Assembly (NCBI GenBank): GCA_036516115.1
Contig: DATBUL010000013.1
Span: 6,335 to 70,334 of the forward strand
Reading direction: 5' to 3'
Length of the DNA: 64,000 nt
DNA from: Enteractinococcus sp.
GTDB lineage: Bacteria > Actinomycetota > Actinomycetes > Actinomycetales > Micrococcaceae
A program made the translations under genes and the position numbers. The notes beneath the pieces are model-generated. The model was not told where the DNA came from. It was given only the letters and a program-made list of their open reading frames with translations, and did no database searches. Shown here piece after piece: positions 52,968 to 61,521 of the stretch. Position 1 is the first letter of the stretch, and every line of letters starts with the position of its first letter.

Positions 52968-53257
52968 TTCGACTGGAACCCCGTGCGCTGGTGTTGAGTC
53001 GGAGAGCCGCCACGAAAACATTGCTTACTTCGTCTGCAGTGCAGATACTTGGCATCTGCTGGGTGTCGGTGAGCAATCTTGGTCAATCAGCTCTTTGGAA
53101 AAGAGCCGTTGTTGAGCGTTGCACCGTGACCTAGCGACGCTTTGCATTGAATCATCATCGTCATGCGCTAAAAGGTAGTGCATCGAAAGTCGCTGGCAAT
53201 TATTCTTGTTCTAGGGTCGTGCGGAGATCACGAGGTACCTGAGCATCTTCCGAGGAC

Positions 53258-54235
53258 ATGATGAGCACACATTCACAGACCGCACCATTTGCTGTTGAGA
53301 CGCATCAGCTCACGAAAACTTTCGGTGCCCAGCATGCGGTGGATCATGTTGACCTGGAGATCCCTCAGGGACAGATTCATGCTGTCCTGGGTCCAAATGG
53401 GGCCGGCAAGACAACACTGATCCGTATGCTGACCACATTATTGAAAGCTACTAGCGGCCACGCCAGCATCCTTGGGCATGATGTGGTGGCAGAAGCCAGG
53501 AGCGTACGTTCTCGCATCGCTTCAACGGGTCAATCGACTTCGTTGGATGAGGATCTTACCGGTTTAGAAAATCTGAGTCTGCTCGCCCGTTTGCGTGGGC
53601 ATCGCGGCCGAGCGGTGAAGACCCGAGCCAAGGCGTTGCTGGAGGCCTTCGGTTTGAGCGAGGCCGCAGGACGCCAGGTGCAACGATATTCGGGTGGCAT
53701 GCGCCGACGACTCGACATTGCCGCATCATTACTTGTTCATCCCGACGTCTTATTCCTGGATGAACCAACCACCGGTCTGGATCCTCGCAGCCGCAACCAA
53801 GTGTGGGATATCATCCGCATGCTGGTCACCAGTGGGACGACGGTTGTCTTATCGACCCAGTACCTGGATGAGGCCGATCAACTTGCCGATCAGGTCACGG
53901 TCATCGACACCGGTCGTATTGTCGCCCAGGGAACGCCAGCCGAACTCAAGACGATCGTGGGTACCGGAATTGTTCGGGTGCGTTTGCTGCAACCGCAACA
54001 ACAATCGCAAGCAGCACAACTCTTGAGCTCATTGCTGGGCGCCACTGTGGAGCCTCACCCGGATAAGTCTGTGGTCCAGTTACGCGTCTCAGATATCTCA
54101 GCAACTGCCCCAGCAATCGCCGAATTACAACGTCAAGGCGTCGCGGTTGCAGAATTCTCCCTGGGACAACCCAGCCTTGATGAGGTTTTTCTCGCGTTGA
54201 CCGCTCAACAGGCCAGTTCAAAGGAAACACCATGA
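53258..54235 (+). CDS. DrrA-type ABC ATPase
   Basis: GPNGAGKTT, YSGGMRRRLD, DEPTTGLDPRSR, PSLDEVFLALT. Confidence 0.92.
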   Translation: MMSTHSQTAPFAVETHQLTKTFGAQHAVDHVDLEIPQGQIHAVLGPNGAGKTTLIRMLTTLLKATSGHASILGHDVVAEARSVRSRIASTGQSTSLDEDLTGLENLSLLARLRGHRGRAVKTRAKALLEAFGLSEAAGRQVQRYSGGMRRRLDIAASLLVHPDVLFLDEPTTGLDPRSRNQVWDIIRMLVTSGTTVVLSTQYLDEADQLADQVTVIDTGRIVAQGTPAELKTIVGTGIVRVRLLQPQQQSQAAQLLSSLLGATVEPHPDKSVVQLRVSDISATAPAIAELQRQGVAVAEFSLGQPSLDEVFLALTAQQASSKETP

Positions 54236-55068
54236 CCGGTGATACCAAAACCACCAGCGATATTATTTTCCGGTTAGAAAACGTTTTAGAAGATCAATCC
54301 TCCGTCAAACCCATCAGTCCGTTGATGGCGATGCGCACCTTTGCCTGGCGCTCGGTGTTGAAAATCAAACATGTCCCCGAACAATTGATTGACGCCGTGC
54401 TGTTCCCGGTGCTATTCACCTTGATGTTCACCTTTGTATTTGGTGGGGCCATAGCGGGGTCACCAGAAAACTATTTGCAGTTTACGCTCCCAGGCATCCT
54501 TGCTCAGACCGTGGTCTTTTTGACAATCTACACGGCAATTAACGTCAACACCGACATCAGTAAGGGCGCTTTGGATCGGTTTCGTACCATGCCCGTGTGG
54601 AGACCCGCGCATCCCGTCGGAGCGCTCTTGGCCGACTGGCTGCGATATGGAATCGCCGCTGCGTTGTGCCTAGTGGTCGGGATTATCATTGGGTATCGTG
54701 CCGAAGGTGGCGTCGCGGGAGTCATCACCGCCATGGGATTATTATTAGTGTTCAGCTTTGCCTTAAGCTGGATGTGGCTCGTCGTAGGTTTAAAAGTTCG
54801 TACCGCCACCGCAGTCCAGGGCATTTCCTTTGTGATTCTGTTCCCGCTGACATTCGTCAGTTCCGTCTATGCCCCACCTGAGACGATGCCCGAATGGTTA
54901 CAGGCCTTCGTCAATATCAACCCGAGGACCTTCCTAGCCGACGCCGTTCGAGGACTCATGAGCGGTACCGTCGATGGCACCAGTGTCGTAATGGTCCTGG
55001 TGGTCTCGGCGATCATCACGGTGGTCTTCGCCCCGATCGCATTATGGGTGTATAACAACCTGGACTGA
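54232..55068 (+). CDS. DrrB-type ABC-2 permease
   Basis: ATGA overlap; DRFRTMP, TMPEWLQAFV.INP. Confidence 0.9.
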   Translation: MTGDTKTTSDIIFRLENVLEDQSSVKPISPLMAMRTFAWRSVLKIKHVPEQLIDAVLFPVLFTLMFTFVFGGAIAGSPENYLQFTLPGILAQTVVFLTIYTAINVNTDISKGALDRFRTMPVWRPAHPVGALLADWLRYGIAAALCLVVGIIIGYRAEGGVAGVITAMGLLLVFSFALSWMWLVVGLKVRTATAVQGISFVILFPLTFVSSVYAPPETMPEWLQAFVNINPRTFLADAVRGLMSGTVDGTSVVMVLVVSAIITVVFAPIALWVYNNLD

Positions 55069-55104
55069 CATGCGGTGTGAGCACATCTTGAGCGTTGAGA
55101 TGGT

Positions 55105-56369
55105 TCAGGTGCCGTGGGATAGCGGCAACACGTCGTGGACCATGACATCGTAAAAACGCTTTGATTTTCGGCAGCTCCCAACCCGTGACCGCCTTTTAAC
55201 CAGATCAACTCCTTGTGCGGCGCTGTGAGCACTTCATAATATTCTTCAACGAGTGATGCCATCGCATTGATATCATCGCGACCCACGAAAAAGAAGACCG
55301 GCACCTTGAGTTCCGGTGCTTGCGCAATGAAATCTAGCTCTTCTAATTGTGGATAGACAGCGTTAAAGGAATGAATCAACCCTCTGGTGTGATTGATTTT
55401 ATCAATGTACCCATATTCTGGCACGAAAAATGGGATGAGCGGGACAATAGTCGAATAGCGTGGCGTCCCCATCATCTCGTTGAGAACATCCAGATACTCC
55501 ACGTAACGGCGCACTTCACGGTCCCCACGATACGGCGGTGGACCATTATCCCGAAGCTTTTCCACCCGCTGCGTCTGACCTTGTTCCTGCAGATGCTGTA
55601 CCGCCATGTCATACCCCATGCGGTCATTTTCGGTGGTATTGACCATCTGACCACTACTCACAAACGCGTAAAACAGCTCAGGATGTTCTTGCACCAACCA
55701 GATGCCGAGAATGCTCGACCAGGACACCCCGTAGAGGTAGATCTTTTCTTGACCGAAGCGTTGTTGTAATAACCGGGTCAAGGCAACCGCATCAGCAATG
55801 AACCGTTGTGGAGTGAGCTCATCAAATGCTACTGCCCCATAGGATTTCCCGGTACCTGGTTCATCCCAGTTGACGACCGTGTAGTCCTTTTCCAGCGCTC
55901 GCAATTCCATGGAGTTAAAGAAACCACCGCCCCCGGACCCACCCATCCCGAGGTTGAGTAACACAGGATTCGTACGGTCGTGCCCGCGCACCGTAATCCA
56001 TTGTTCGCTGCCATTGAGTTGGACCTTCTCCATGGACGCAACACTATTGGGTACTGGGTGCCCATCCGCTCCGGTGATTGGTGGTGTTACCGCGAGGGTT
56101 TGTGAGATCACGACCGCAGCTACTGCAGCCATGGCCACGATCCCTACAGAAGTCGGTCTGACCAGTCGCCGACGACGTCGCAGTATGAACCAAAAGAGTG
56201 CCAGGCCGCTCAGGAAGACCAGGGGCAACCACGCCCACACCGGGACAGCAGTGGTCAGTGGCAACAACACTACTGGAACAAACAACAGCACTGCGACGAC
56301 GAGTCCCAAGACGGTCGCCCACGCTCCAGGCTGAGAATGCTGTCGGTGGATCCGATGCTCATCCCTCAC
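55105..56369 (-). pseudogene. Membrane-anchored alpha/beta hydrolase with a probable C-terminal frameshift
   Basis: Three N-terminal TM segments, GVSWSS, GRDD, GGH. One extra T in the run at 55152-55156 gives ...VFYDVMVHDVLPLSHGT* ending at 55105, which removes a 202-bp overlap with drrB. Confidence 0.65.
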
Positions 56370-56592
56370 GATGACTCCGCAGTGTTCGATCGTGGATGGG
56401 GTTGCGTAGAAGGATAAGGCCACCGCCGACTTTCACCAGGGTGGACACTAGCATCGCTGGCATTCCCTCGGATGCAGGGGTCGCACTGGCCCAATAGGCC
56501 CACGACAGTCCGAAGGTCAGCAGGATAAAGCTAGCAAGTGGATGGCGACGCACTAGTGCTGCAATGCGCAGTGCCCCGCCCCACCGGGTCAT
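56359..56592 (-). pseudogene. Probable CPBP (CAAX protease) remnant
   Basis: RRHPLASFILLTFGLSWAYW resembles CPBP N-termini, but the ORF is only 77 aa and lacks the EExxxR motif. Confidence 0.45.
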
Positions 56593-56810
56593 GACCCTTC
56601 TACCACCCAGTCACGTATCACTGGCACGAGCGCGACAACTATCAGGCCCAATCCCCCAAGAACGTGCAACCAGATGTTGATCTGCACACCACCATCTGCC
56701 AACCCGAGTGCCGTGGAGCCACAGGTTGTCCAGTCATGAATGACGTCATCCACCAGAACGTCGTACCCAAGCCAAAGATCCCGATCGCCAGAAGAATTCT
56801 CATAACGCAC
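56589..56810 (-). CDS. Small membrane protein or gene remnant
   Basis: AGGAGG RBS, hydrophobic C-terminus, ATGA coupling to the next ORF. Confidence 0.4.
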   Translation of the reverse strand: MRYENSSGDRDLWLGYDVLVDDVIHDWTTCGSTALGLADGGVQINIWLHVLGGLGLIVVALVPVIRDWVVEGS

Positions 56811-56854
56811 CTCCTGACGGCGCTGCCTGTGCGACTGGATCTCCGAAGAGCTTC

Positions 56855-57349
56855 CTAGGGTCGCTGGTTTTCGAAATAGGATCGCTGGGTCGGATAGTAG
56901 TCGTCGAAGTCTGGCACGGGATCCCCTGCGATCACGGCGGCTAACTGGTCGAGGTAGTATTCCCAGCCGGGTCCGATCTCACCGATAGTCGTTGGATCCG
57001 CGTCGTACATTGTAAAATGCAACTGAGTTTGATCCTCGCTACCGCTCAAATCGACTGCTAAATCCCACGGTAGTTTATCGTCCAATGTTTTCACCCGAAG
57101 ACGTACCGGGGCTTGGCATTCGAGAATTTCAACGTGGAATCCCGGCTTTCCTTCTTCGAAGCCCAAGTAGAGTTTGATGGTTTCGCCAACGGCTCCGTTG
57201 CCTTCCCAGGGACCAATCCAGCCCTCTGTGAATTGGGATTCGGTGAGGTAGTCCCAGGCATGTTCGACGGCCACCGGCAACGTTTTGGTAATCGTCAGGT
57301 TGTATCCCTGGTCAGTCGGTACGAGCCGACCCGTTGGTGTAGGCGTCAT
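56855..57349 (-). CDS. SRPBCC/AHSA1-like protein
   Basis: PTGRL, W..LTES..T..WIGPW.G, IGPGWEYYLDQL. Confidence 0.85.
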   Translation of the reverse strand: MTPTPTGRLVPTDQGYNLTITKTLPVAVEHAWDYLTESQFTEGWIGPWEGNGAVGETIKLYLGFEEGKPGFHVEILECQAPVRLRVKTLDDKLPWDLAVDLSGSEDQTQLHFTMYDADPTTIGEIGPGWEYYLDQLAAVIAGDPVPDFDDYYPTQRSYFENQRP

Positions 57350-57508
57350 GTGTCCTCTATTCGCACGTGGAAGAAAGATGTTGTGAGTCAACTAGCACAT
57401 GGGTAAATTAGCCTGAGTATTGCAACTTGCATGACAGATTCTACGCCGCGAGCCGTTAGATGTCTCTACGGCAGCGGGCTCGACTATTGTGCTGCACAAG
57501 CGGGAAAT

Positions 57509-57539
57509 AAAAAAGCCTCAGAGCAAAATCTCTGAGGCG
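57509..57539 (-). terminator. Intrinsic terminator, probably that of the original tRNA gene
   Basis: GCCTCAGAG-CAAAAT-CTCTGAGGC with an A-run on its left (U-tract on the minus strand), about 30 bp past the tRNA fragment. Confidence 0.75.
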
Positions 57540-57567
57540 TTGGAATCCTTATGATGTGAAGGACTTT

Positions 57568-57590
57568 TGGTGGAGCTAAGGGGATTCGAA
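57568..57590 (-). other. att core: duplicated 3' end of tRNA-Ala
   Basis: Minus strand TTCGAATCCCCTTAGCTCCACCA = T-loop, T-stem, Ala-type acceptor strand and CCA. No tRNA 5' part follows. Confidence 0.88.
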
Positions 57591-57701
57591 TTCTATTCTC
57601 ACAATTCCCCCAAAATGGCTAGATCGGCGGCATTGCAACGAACTAAGCGCATTACTGCTCGGATCATCAGAACGCAAATAGGGGATATAGAACACCAAAT
57701 A

Positions 57702-58091
57702 TCACCTATGTGCCCCCTCAGGGGGCACATTTTGTGCCCCGTACAAGCGTGTCGCATACCGACGAACATCAGACGGCAATACATCCAATTCATGCGCCAC
57801 AGCCTGCACAGTCTCATGAGCTTTTATAGCCCTCAGAAAGTCACAGAACGGTATTCTCAGCCAGTCCCCGAGTTCGTCAGCCTCACGCTCATTCTGGGCG
57901 CTGGACGACTCATGTCGGTACGCTGCGTGCCCTAGCTCGTGGGCTAATACTGCCTTGGCCTGGATGCCAACGAGCGCAGGGTGCAGACGGATCTCATGCC
58001 GGGTGGCATCATATTCACCCAACTGTCCGACAACCGGTTCTTCCCGTACAACTGTGCATCCCACCAGGTTTGCAAACGCTTCAAACACCAT
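57702..58091 (-). CDS. ImmA/IrrE family metallopeptidase
   Basis: LAHELGH (HExxH), EREAD, VAHELDV. Start may be 58091 or 58121. Confidence 0.88.
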   Translation of the reverse strand: MVFEAFANLVGCTVVREEPVVGQLGEYDATRHEIRLHPALVGIQAKAVLAHELGHAAYRHESSSAQNEREADELGDWLRIPFCDFLRAIKAHETVQAVAHELDVLPSDVRRYATRLYGAQNVPPEGAHR

Positions 58092-58140
58092 GCCCACCAC
58101 TGTGACATGGGACAAGGACACGATAAACCAAGATCGGCAA

Positions 58141-58200
58141 CCGACTTATGTTTACCTACGTTGACCTATGCTGTCCTATGCCGCCCTACGTTGACTTATA
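58141..58200. repeat. Six tandem degenerate 10-bp repeats
   Basis: CCGACTTATG TTTACCTACG TTGACCTATG CTGTCCTATG CCGCCCTACG TTGACTTATA; consensus YYGACCTAYG. Confidence 0.85.
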
Positions 58201-58226
58201 TGGCGTAAATGTGCCACTATTGAAAC

Positions 58227-58359
58227 ACCGAAGACAAAATTCAGTCTTCGAGAAAAAATGATTCGGGCTGTCAGAAGCTTGCTGGGACAAGCCTGAGATG
58301 CTGCCATCTCACCCGTTCAGTCGGTCGGCCCCCAGGGGCTTCTGACGGTCCGAATTTTT
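58227..58359 (+). ncRNA. Candidate structured ncRNA convergent with DUF3800
   Basis: Hairpin at 58229-58250; about 25-bp stem 58261-58286/58331-58355 with four G.U pairs on +; inner hairpin 58294-58311; T-run 58355-58359; upstream TTGACT-N18-CACTAT. Confidence 0.6.
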
Positions 58360-59107
58360 AGTGCCCACTCGGGCAGTTACACCTAAACCACGGCTGCCTA
58401 GTCAAGACACCGTAGTGCGGCATCGCAAAAACTCCTAACGGTGATACGCACCCATGGTCCCCCTTCCGAATTTGATGCCATACTCGGAAAAGATGTTGTG
58501 GATGAATGTTTCCGAATTCATCGGGCCAAAACGCGTCCTTCAAGAAAGATGCATATAAGTCCGCGGCCTGACTTTCCAAGTATTTATCAGCGCTAACCCA
58601 ACTGAGCTCCTTCTCAAGGTAGGTTGGCACCTTCGGGTTATTCACCGTTTGATCTCGGATGTGCTTCTTTGTTTTAGCTTGATCCATTCCGATGACATGT
58701 CCGAACCGTATTCTCGCAGATCTAGCACCGAAACTTTTCGCTGCCCAGAGCGCAGAGATGTACGCTTTTTCGCTTACGAAATCGAAGTAGTCCTTTTTCC
58801 CACTTTGGAAAGATCCAGGTGCCAGCTCTGACTTCTTACTCACCACAAAGGTGAGGGATATTCCTTGAACCGATGCCAACACGTTTGCGGCATGGGCTTT
58901 TCTCTCATAGGGCTTTGCACTCTTTTTAGACGACATGACTTTGTTGTCTGGAACCTTGAAATCTTTTCTGAGCTGTTTTACGGCTTCACGGACTCGAGCC
59001 ATTGATGTCTCTGGTCCGGTCACTGTTGCCATCCCAAAGATCGGACTAGTTCGTGAATGGAGGCCGCGGTCCCCAGTTTCGTCGCTATACGCAAAAATCT
59101 CTACCAA
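58358..59107 (-). CDS. DUF3800 family protein
   Basis: N-terminal AYSDETGD and C-terminal QAADLYA motifs; starts 3 bp after the repressor stop. Confidence 0.8.
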   Translation of the reverse strand: MVEIFAYSDETGDRGLHSRTSPIFGMATVTGPETSMARVREAVKQLRKDFKVPDNKVMSSKKSAKPYERKAHAANVLASVQGISLTFVVSKKSELAPGSFQSGKKDYFDFVSEKAYISALWAAKSFGARSARIRFGHVIGMDQAKTKKHIRDQTVNNPKVPTYLEKELSWVSADKYLESQAADLYASFLKDAFWPDEFGNIHPQHLFRVWHQIRKGDHGCVSPLGVFAMPHYGVLTRQPWFRCNCPSGH

Positions 59108-59110
59108 GGC

Positions 59111-59641
59111 TCAGGTGTCCTCCGGTAGTTGCCCTGGTTGGATGCCGTCGCCTAGTTCACGATCGTACGCTGCGATCTTCTGTTCAGAGACAGCATCTTC
59201 TGTATTGAAGTCACCCTCAACAACATTGCTAGATTCAGTAGAGTCTTTCCGTTTTTGTAATTCATTTTCGAGCCTTTTCATCTCATCGTTTTGTTTGAGA
59301 AAGGCACGAGCGGTACGAATCAATGACTCACGCTGATCGCTGGTAAGTTCATCTATTTCATCAGGGAGTTCGTCCACAAATTTTGTCGCGTGATAAGCGC
59401 GTCCAGCTGCTTTATAGACTCGCTCTTCACTAACTCCTGCTAGGTATGCAAGCGCATCCAATGTCTTTGACTGAGGACGTGACCTGTATGTTCCGTTAGC
59501 GATGCGGTCGAATGTCGTGAAAGAGATGACCTTGCCAGCCTTTTCAGCGATGCGAGCCATCTCCCTGCCGCCCACGCCGTCGTGACGTTCTTGGGCAATG
59601 AGGGCTATGTCTCGCAGCGATTCATGTTGGCTCGTGTTCAT
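59111..59641 (-). CDS. Putative immunity repressor
   Basis: HTH-like 'GREMARIA...ISFTTFDRIANG...TLDALA', C-terminal 'IAAY', divergent from the cro-like gene. Confidence 0.7.
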   Translation of the reverse strand: MNTSQHESLRDIALIAQERHDGVGGREMARIAEKAGKVISFTTFDRIANGTYRSRPQSKTLDALAYLAGVSEERVYKAAGRAYHATKFVDELPDEIDELTSDQRESLIRTARAFLKQNDEMKRLENELQKRKDSTESSNVVEGDFNTEDAVSEQKIAAYDRELGDGIQPGQLPEDT

Positions 59642-59663
59642 GGCTCTACTCTCCGACCAGTCG

Positions 59664-59780
59664 TTCTAGTTGTACTAGCAATACCAATTACTACCAATAC
59701 AACTAGAAAGTCTACATCGTAGCGTTCATGCGCTCACAAGGCTTGCACGCTTGACAACTAGATGATGAATGATGCATCCT
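59664..59780. promoter_or_regulatory. Switch region with repeated ACAACTAGA sites
   Basis: TTCTAGTTGTA (59664-59674) and TACAACTAGAA (59698-59708) form an inverted pair; a third copy (59754-59762) overlaps TTGACA at 59751. Confidence 0.65.
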
Positions 59781-59811
59781 GTACTTGTCAGCACTTCGAA
59801 AGGTAGGCATA

Positions 59812-60183
59812 ATGTTTTACACGTACACCGGACCAGTCACTAAGGCCCCACGTCGTAAGTGGTCCAGGCCCAAAGCAAGAATCGCAGGAGACATATACAT
59901 GAAAGTGCGCGACCGGCACCTCATCAAAGAGTTGAGGCAAGAGCGCGGACTAACTCAGAGACAACTCGCGACATTGGCCAAGTGCAGCCAAGCGACCATT
60001 AGCGCCATCGAGGTCGGAAAGCTGACGACCATCTCCGAAGACCTTGGAGCACACATAGCGCAATGGCTCGAACGTCGGCCACGCGAATTATTTGAGAAGT
60101 TCGACGAAGAGCGCGTTGACGCGCTCATTGTGAAAAATGAATCGCGCATCAAGCGTCAGCGCGGATCCATCACCGCAGCATAA
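59812..60183 (+). CDS. Cro-like XRE HTH protein
   Basis: ELRQERGLTQRQLATLAKCSQATISAIEVG; alternative start at 59899. Confidence 0.88.
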   Translation: MFYTYTGPVTKAPRRKWSRPKARIAGDIYMKVRDRHLIKELRQERGLTQRQLATLAKCSQATISAIEVGKLTTISEDLGAHIAQWLERRPRELFEKFDEERVDALIVKNESRIKRQRGSITAA

Positions 60184-60213
60184 AGCCCCCAGCTACTGGA
60201 ATAGCTGAGGGCT
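60184..60213 (+). terminator. Stem-loop after cro
   Basis: AGCCCCCAGCTA-CTGGAA-TAGCTGAGGGCT, without a U-tract. Confidence 0.45.
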
Positions 60214-60241
60214 AGTCAAAAACAACTAATGAGGAGTCGTA

Positions 60242-60874
60242 ATGACAACCACTATCGTACCAACCATTGAGACCACTGACAGAGGTCTAGCCGTGACCAG
60301 CGAGACTATTGCACAAGGATCAGGTGTAGAGCACCGAGCAGTTCTGCAACTAATCAACACTTACAAAGATGATTTAGAGCAGTTTGGAACTTCCGCATTT
60401 GAAATGCGGAAGTCTGGTGGCCGCCCGGTTCGCACCGCAATCTTGAATGAGCCGCAGTCCACACTGCTCATGACGTTTATGCGGAACACTGAACAAGTCG
60501 TCGCGTTCAAGATCGCGCTCGTGAAAGCGTTCTACCAGATGGCTCAGCAACTCAAGACCGGTACCCAAGACGCACTATTCACTGACGATGAACTAGGACT
60601 CAGTATCGGTCAACCAGTCGCCCAACTACCAAAGCAACTCGCCGTCGCGAAAGTCGATCCACGAACTACCCGTAACGACCGGATCGCCCAAGCCGCACGA
60701 GAAGCCAACGGCCAATGGGTGCCAGTCACCATCGCCGAGTTCGGAGACAAGCAGTACACCGAACTCGCAAAGGGCATCAACTACGGGAAACGCAGCTCAT
60801 TCGCAAACGGCAACTACCGCGCCGTCACCCGCGATAACCAGCTCTACATCCGACACACCAAGAAGGCTGCGTGA
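60242..60874 (+). CDS. Rha-family phage regulatory protein
   Basis: VTSETIA.G.GVEHRAVLQLI, LNEPQSTLLMTFMRNT.QVVAFKIALVKAFY. Confidence 0.85.
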   Translation: MTTTIVPTIETTDRGLAVTSETIAQGSGVEHRAVLQLINTYKDDLEQFGTSAFEMRKSGGRPVRTAILNEPQSTLLMTFMRNTEQVVAFKIALVKAFYQMAQQLKTGTQDALFTDDELGLSIGQPVAQLPKQLAVAKVDPRTTRNDRIAQAAREANGQWVPVTIAEFGDKQYTELAKGINYGKRSSFANGNYRAVTRDNQLYIRHTKKAA

Positions 60875-60878
60875 TCGT

Positions 60879-61124
60879 ATGGCACGCACTTACGCAACCG
60901 TAAAGGACATGGCAGTCTACTACCGGATGAGCCAGTCCACGGTCAGGAATAAGGTCAGGTCTGGTCAATGGCCAGCCGAACGTATCCCCTCAGAAACCGG
61001 GAAACGCGCCATGATCCGCTTCTCCCCCGAACAACAAGCCGAAATCGACCAGATCATCCGAGCAGGACGCAACCGCGCCACAAGCCTCGACTGGTTAGAC
61101 GACGCACTCGACAAAATCGCCTAA
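60879..61124 (+). CDS. Excisionase-like HTH protein
   Basis: TVKDMA.YYRMSQSTVRNKVRSGQWPA.R....IRF. Confidence 0.75.
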   Translation: MARTYATVKDMAVYYRMSQSTVRNKVRSGQWPAERIPSETGKRAMIRFSPEQQAEIDQIIRAGRNRATSLDWLDDALDKIA

Positions 61125-61245
61125 TCTAGGCACCCTTTTCAAAACCCCTTTTTAGCACCCGTAATTTACGACACCCAAAAACACCGCATTCTAGGCATCC
61201 CGGTGTGTGCCCCTACTGGATTGTATTCGGAGGATTTCACAGGAT

Positions 61246-61521
61246 ATGTGTACCCAAAATCAGTTGACCCGTCGTGAACGGCAACAAAAACAACTCGACC
61301 AGATCGGCCAGGTTCAAGACGATTTGCGTACTGAGTCACCAAAAGTGGCTGAGGCGATCTTCATAGCGAACTACCCAGACCAGACGCCGAGTTTCTTTCG
61401 CCGTAACTACCAGTACATCATCAGCCTGTCGCCCGAACAGTTAGCCCAGGTGATTGGCTACCCAGACCCGACCGGCGAAACAGCAACCAACAACGTCATG
61501 AAAGAGCAGGTAGCAGTATGA
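61246..61521 (+). CDS. Phage hypothetical protein
   Basis: ATG 61246; contains YPDPTGETA; ATGA overlap with the next gene. Confidence 0.7.
   Translation: MCTQNQLTRRERQQKQLDQIGQVQDDLRTESPKVAEAIFIANYPDQTPSFFRRNYQYIISLSPEQLAQVIGYPDPTGETATNNVMKEQVAV

Noticed and set aside
57568-57645. Intact tRNA-Ala gene
   Set aside because: Only the last 23 nt match; the adjacent sequence shows no anticodon arm, D arm or acceptor 5' strand.
57567-57935. 122-aa + strand ORF (MVELRGFEF...)
   Set aside because: It starts within the antisense tRNA fragment and overlaps immA.
58261-58355. Known ribozyme or riboswitch
   Set aside because: No hammerhead core (CUGANGA/GAAA) or recognisable aptamer by eye. Kept as an unassigned ncRNA candidate.
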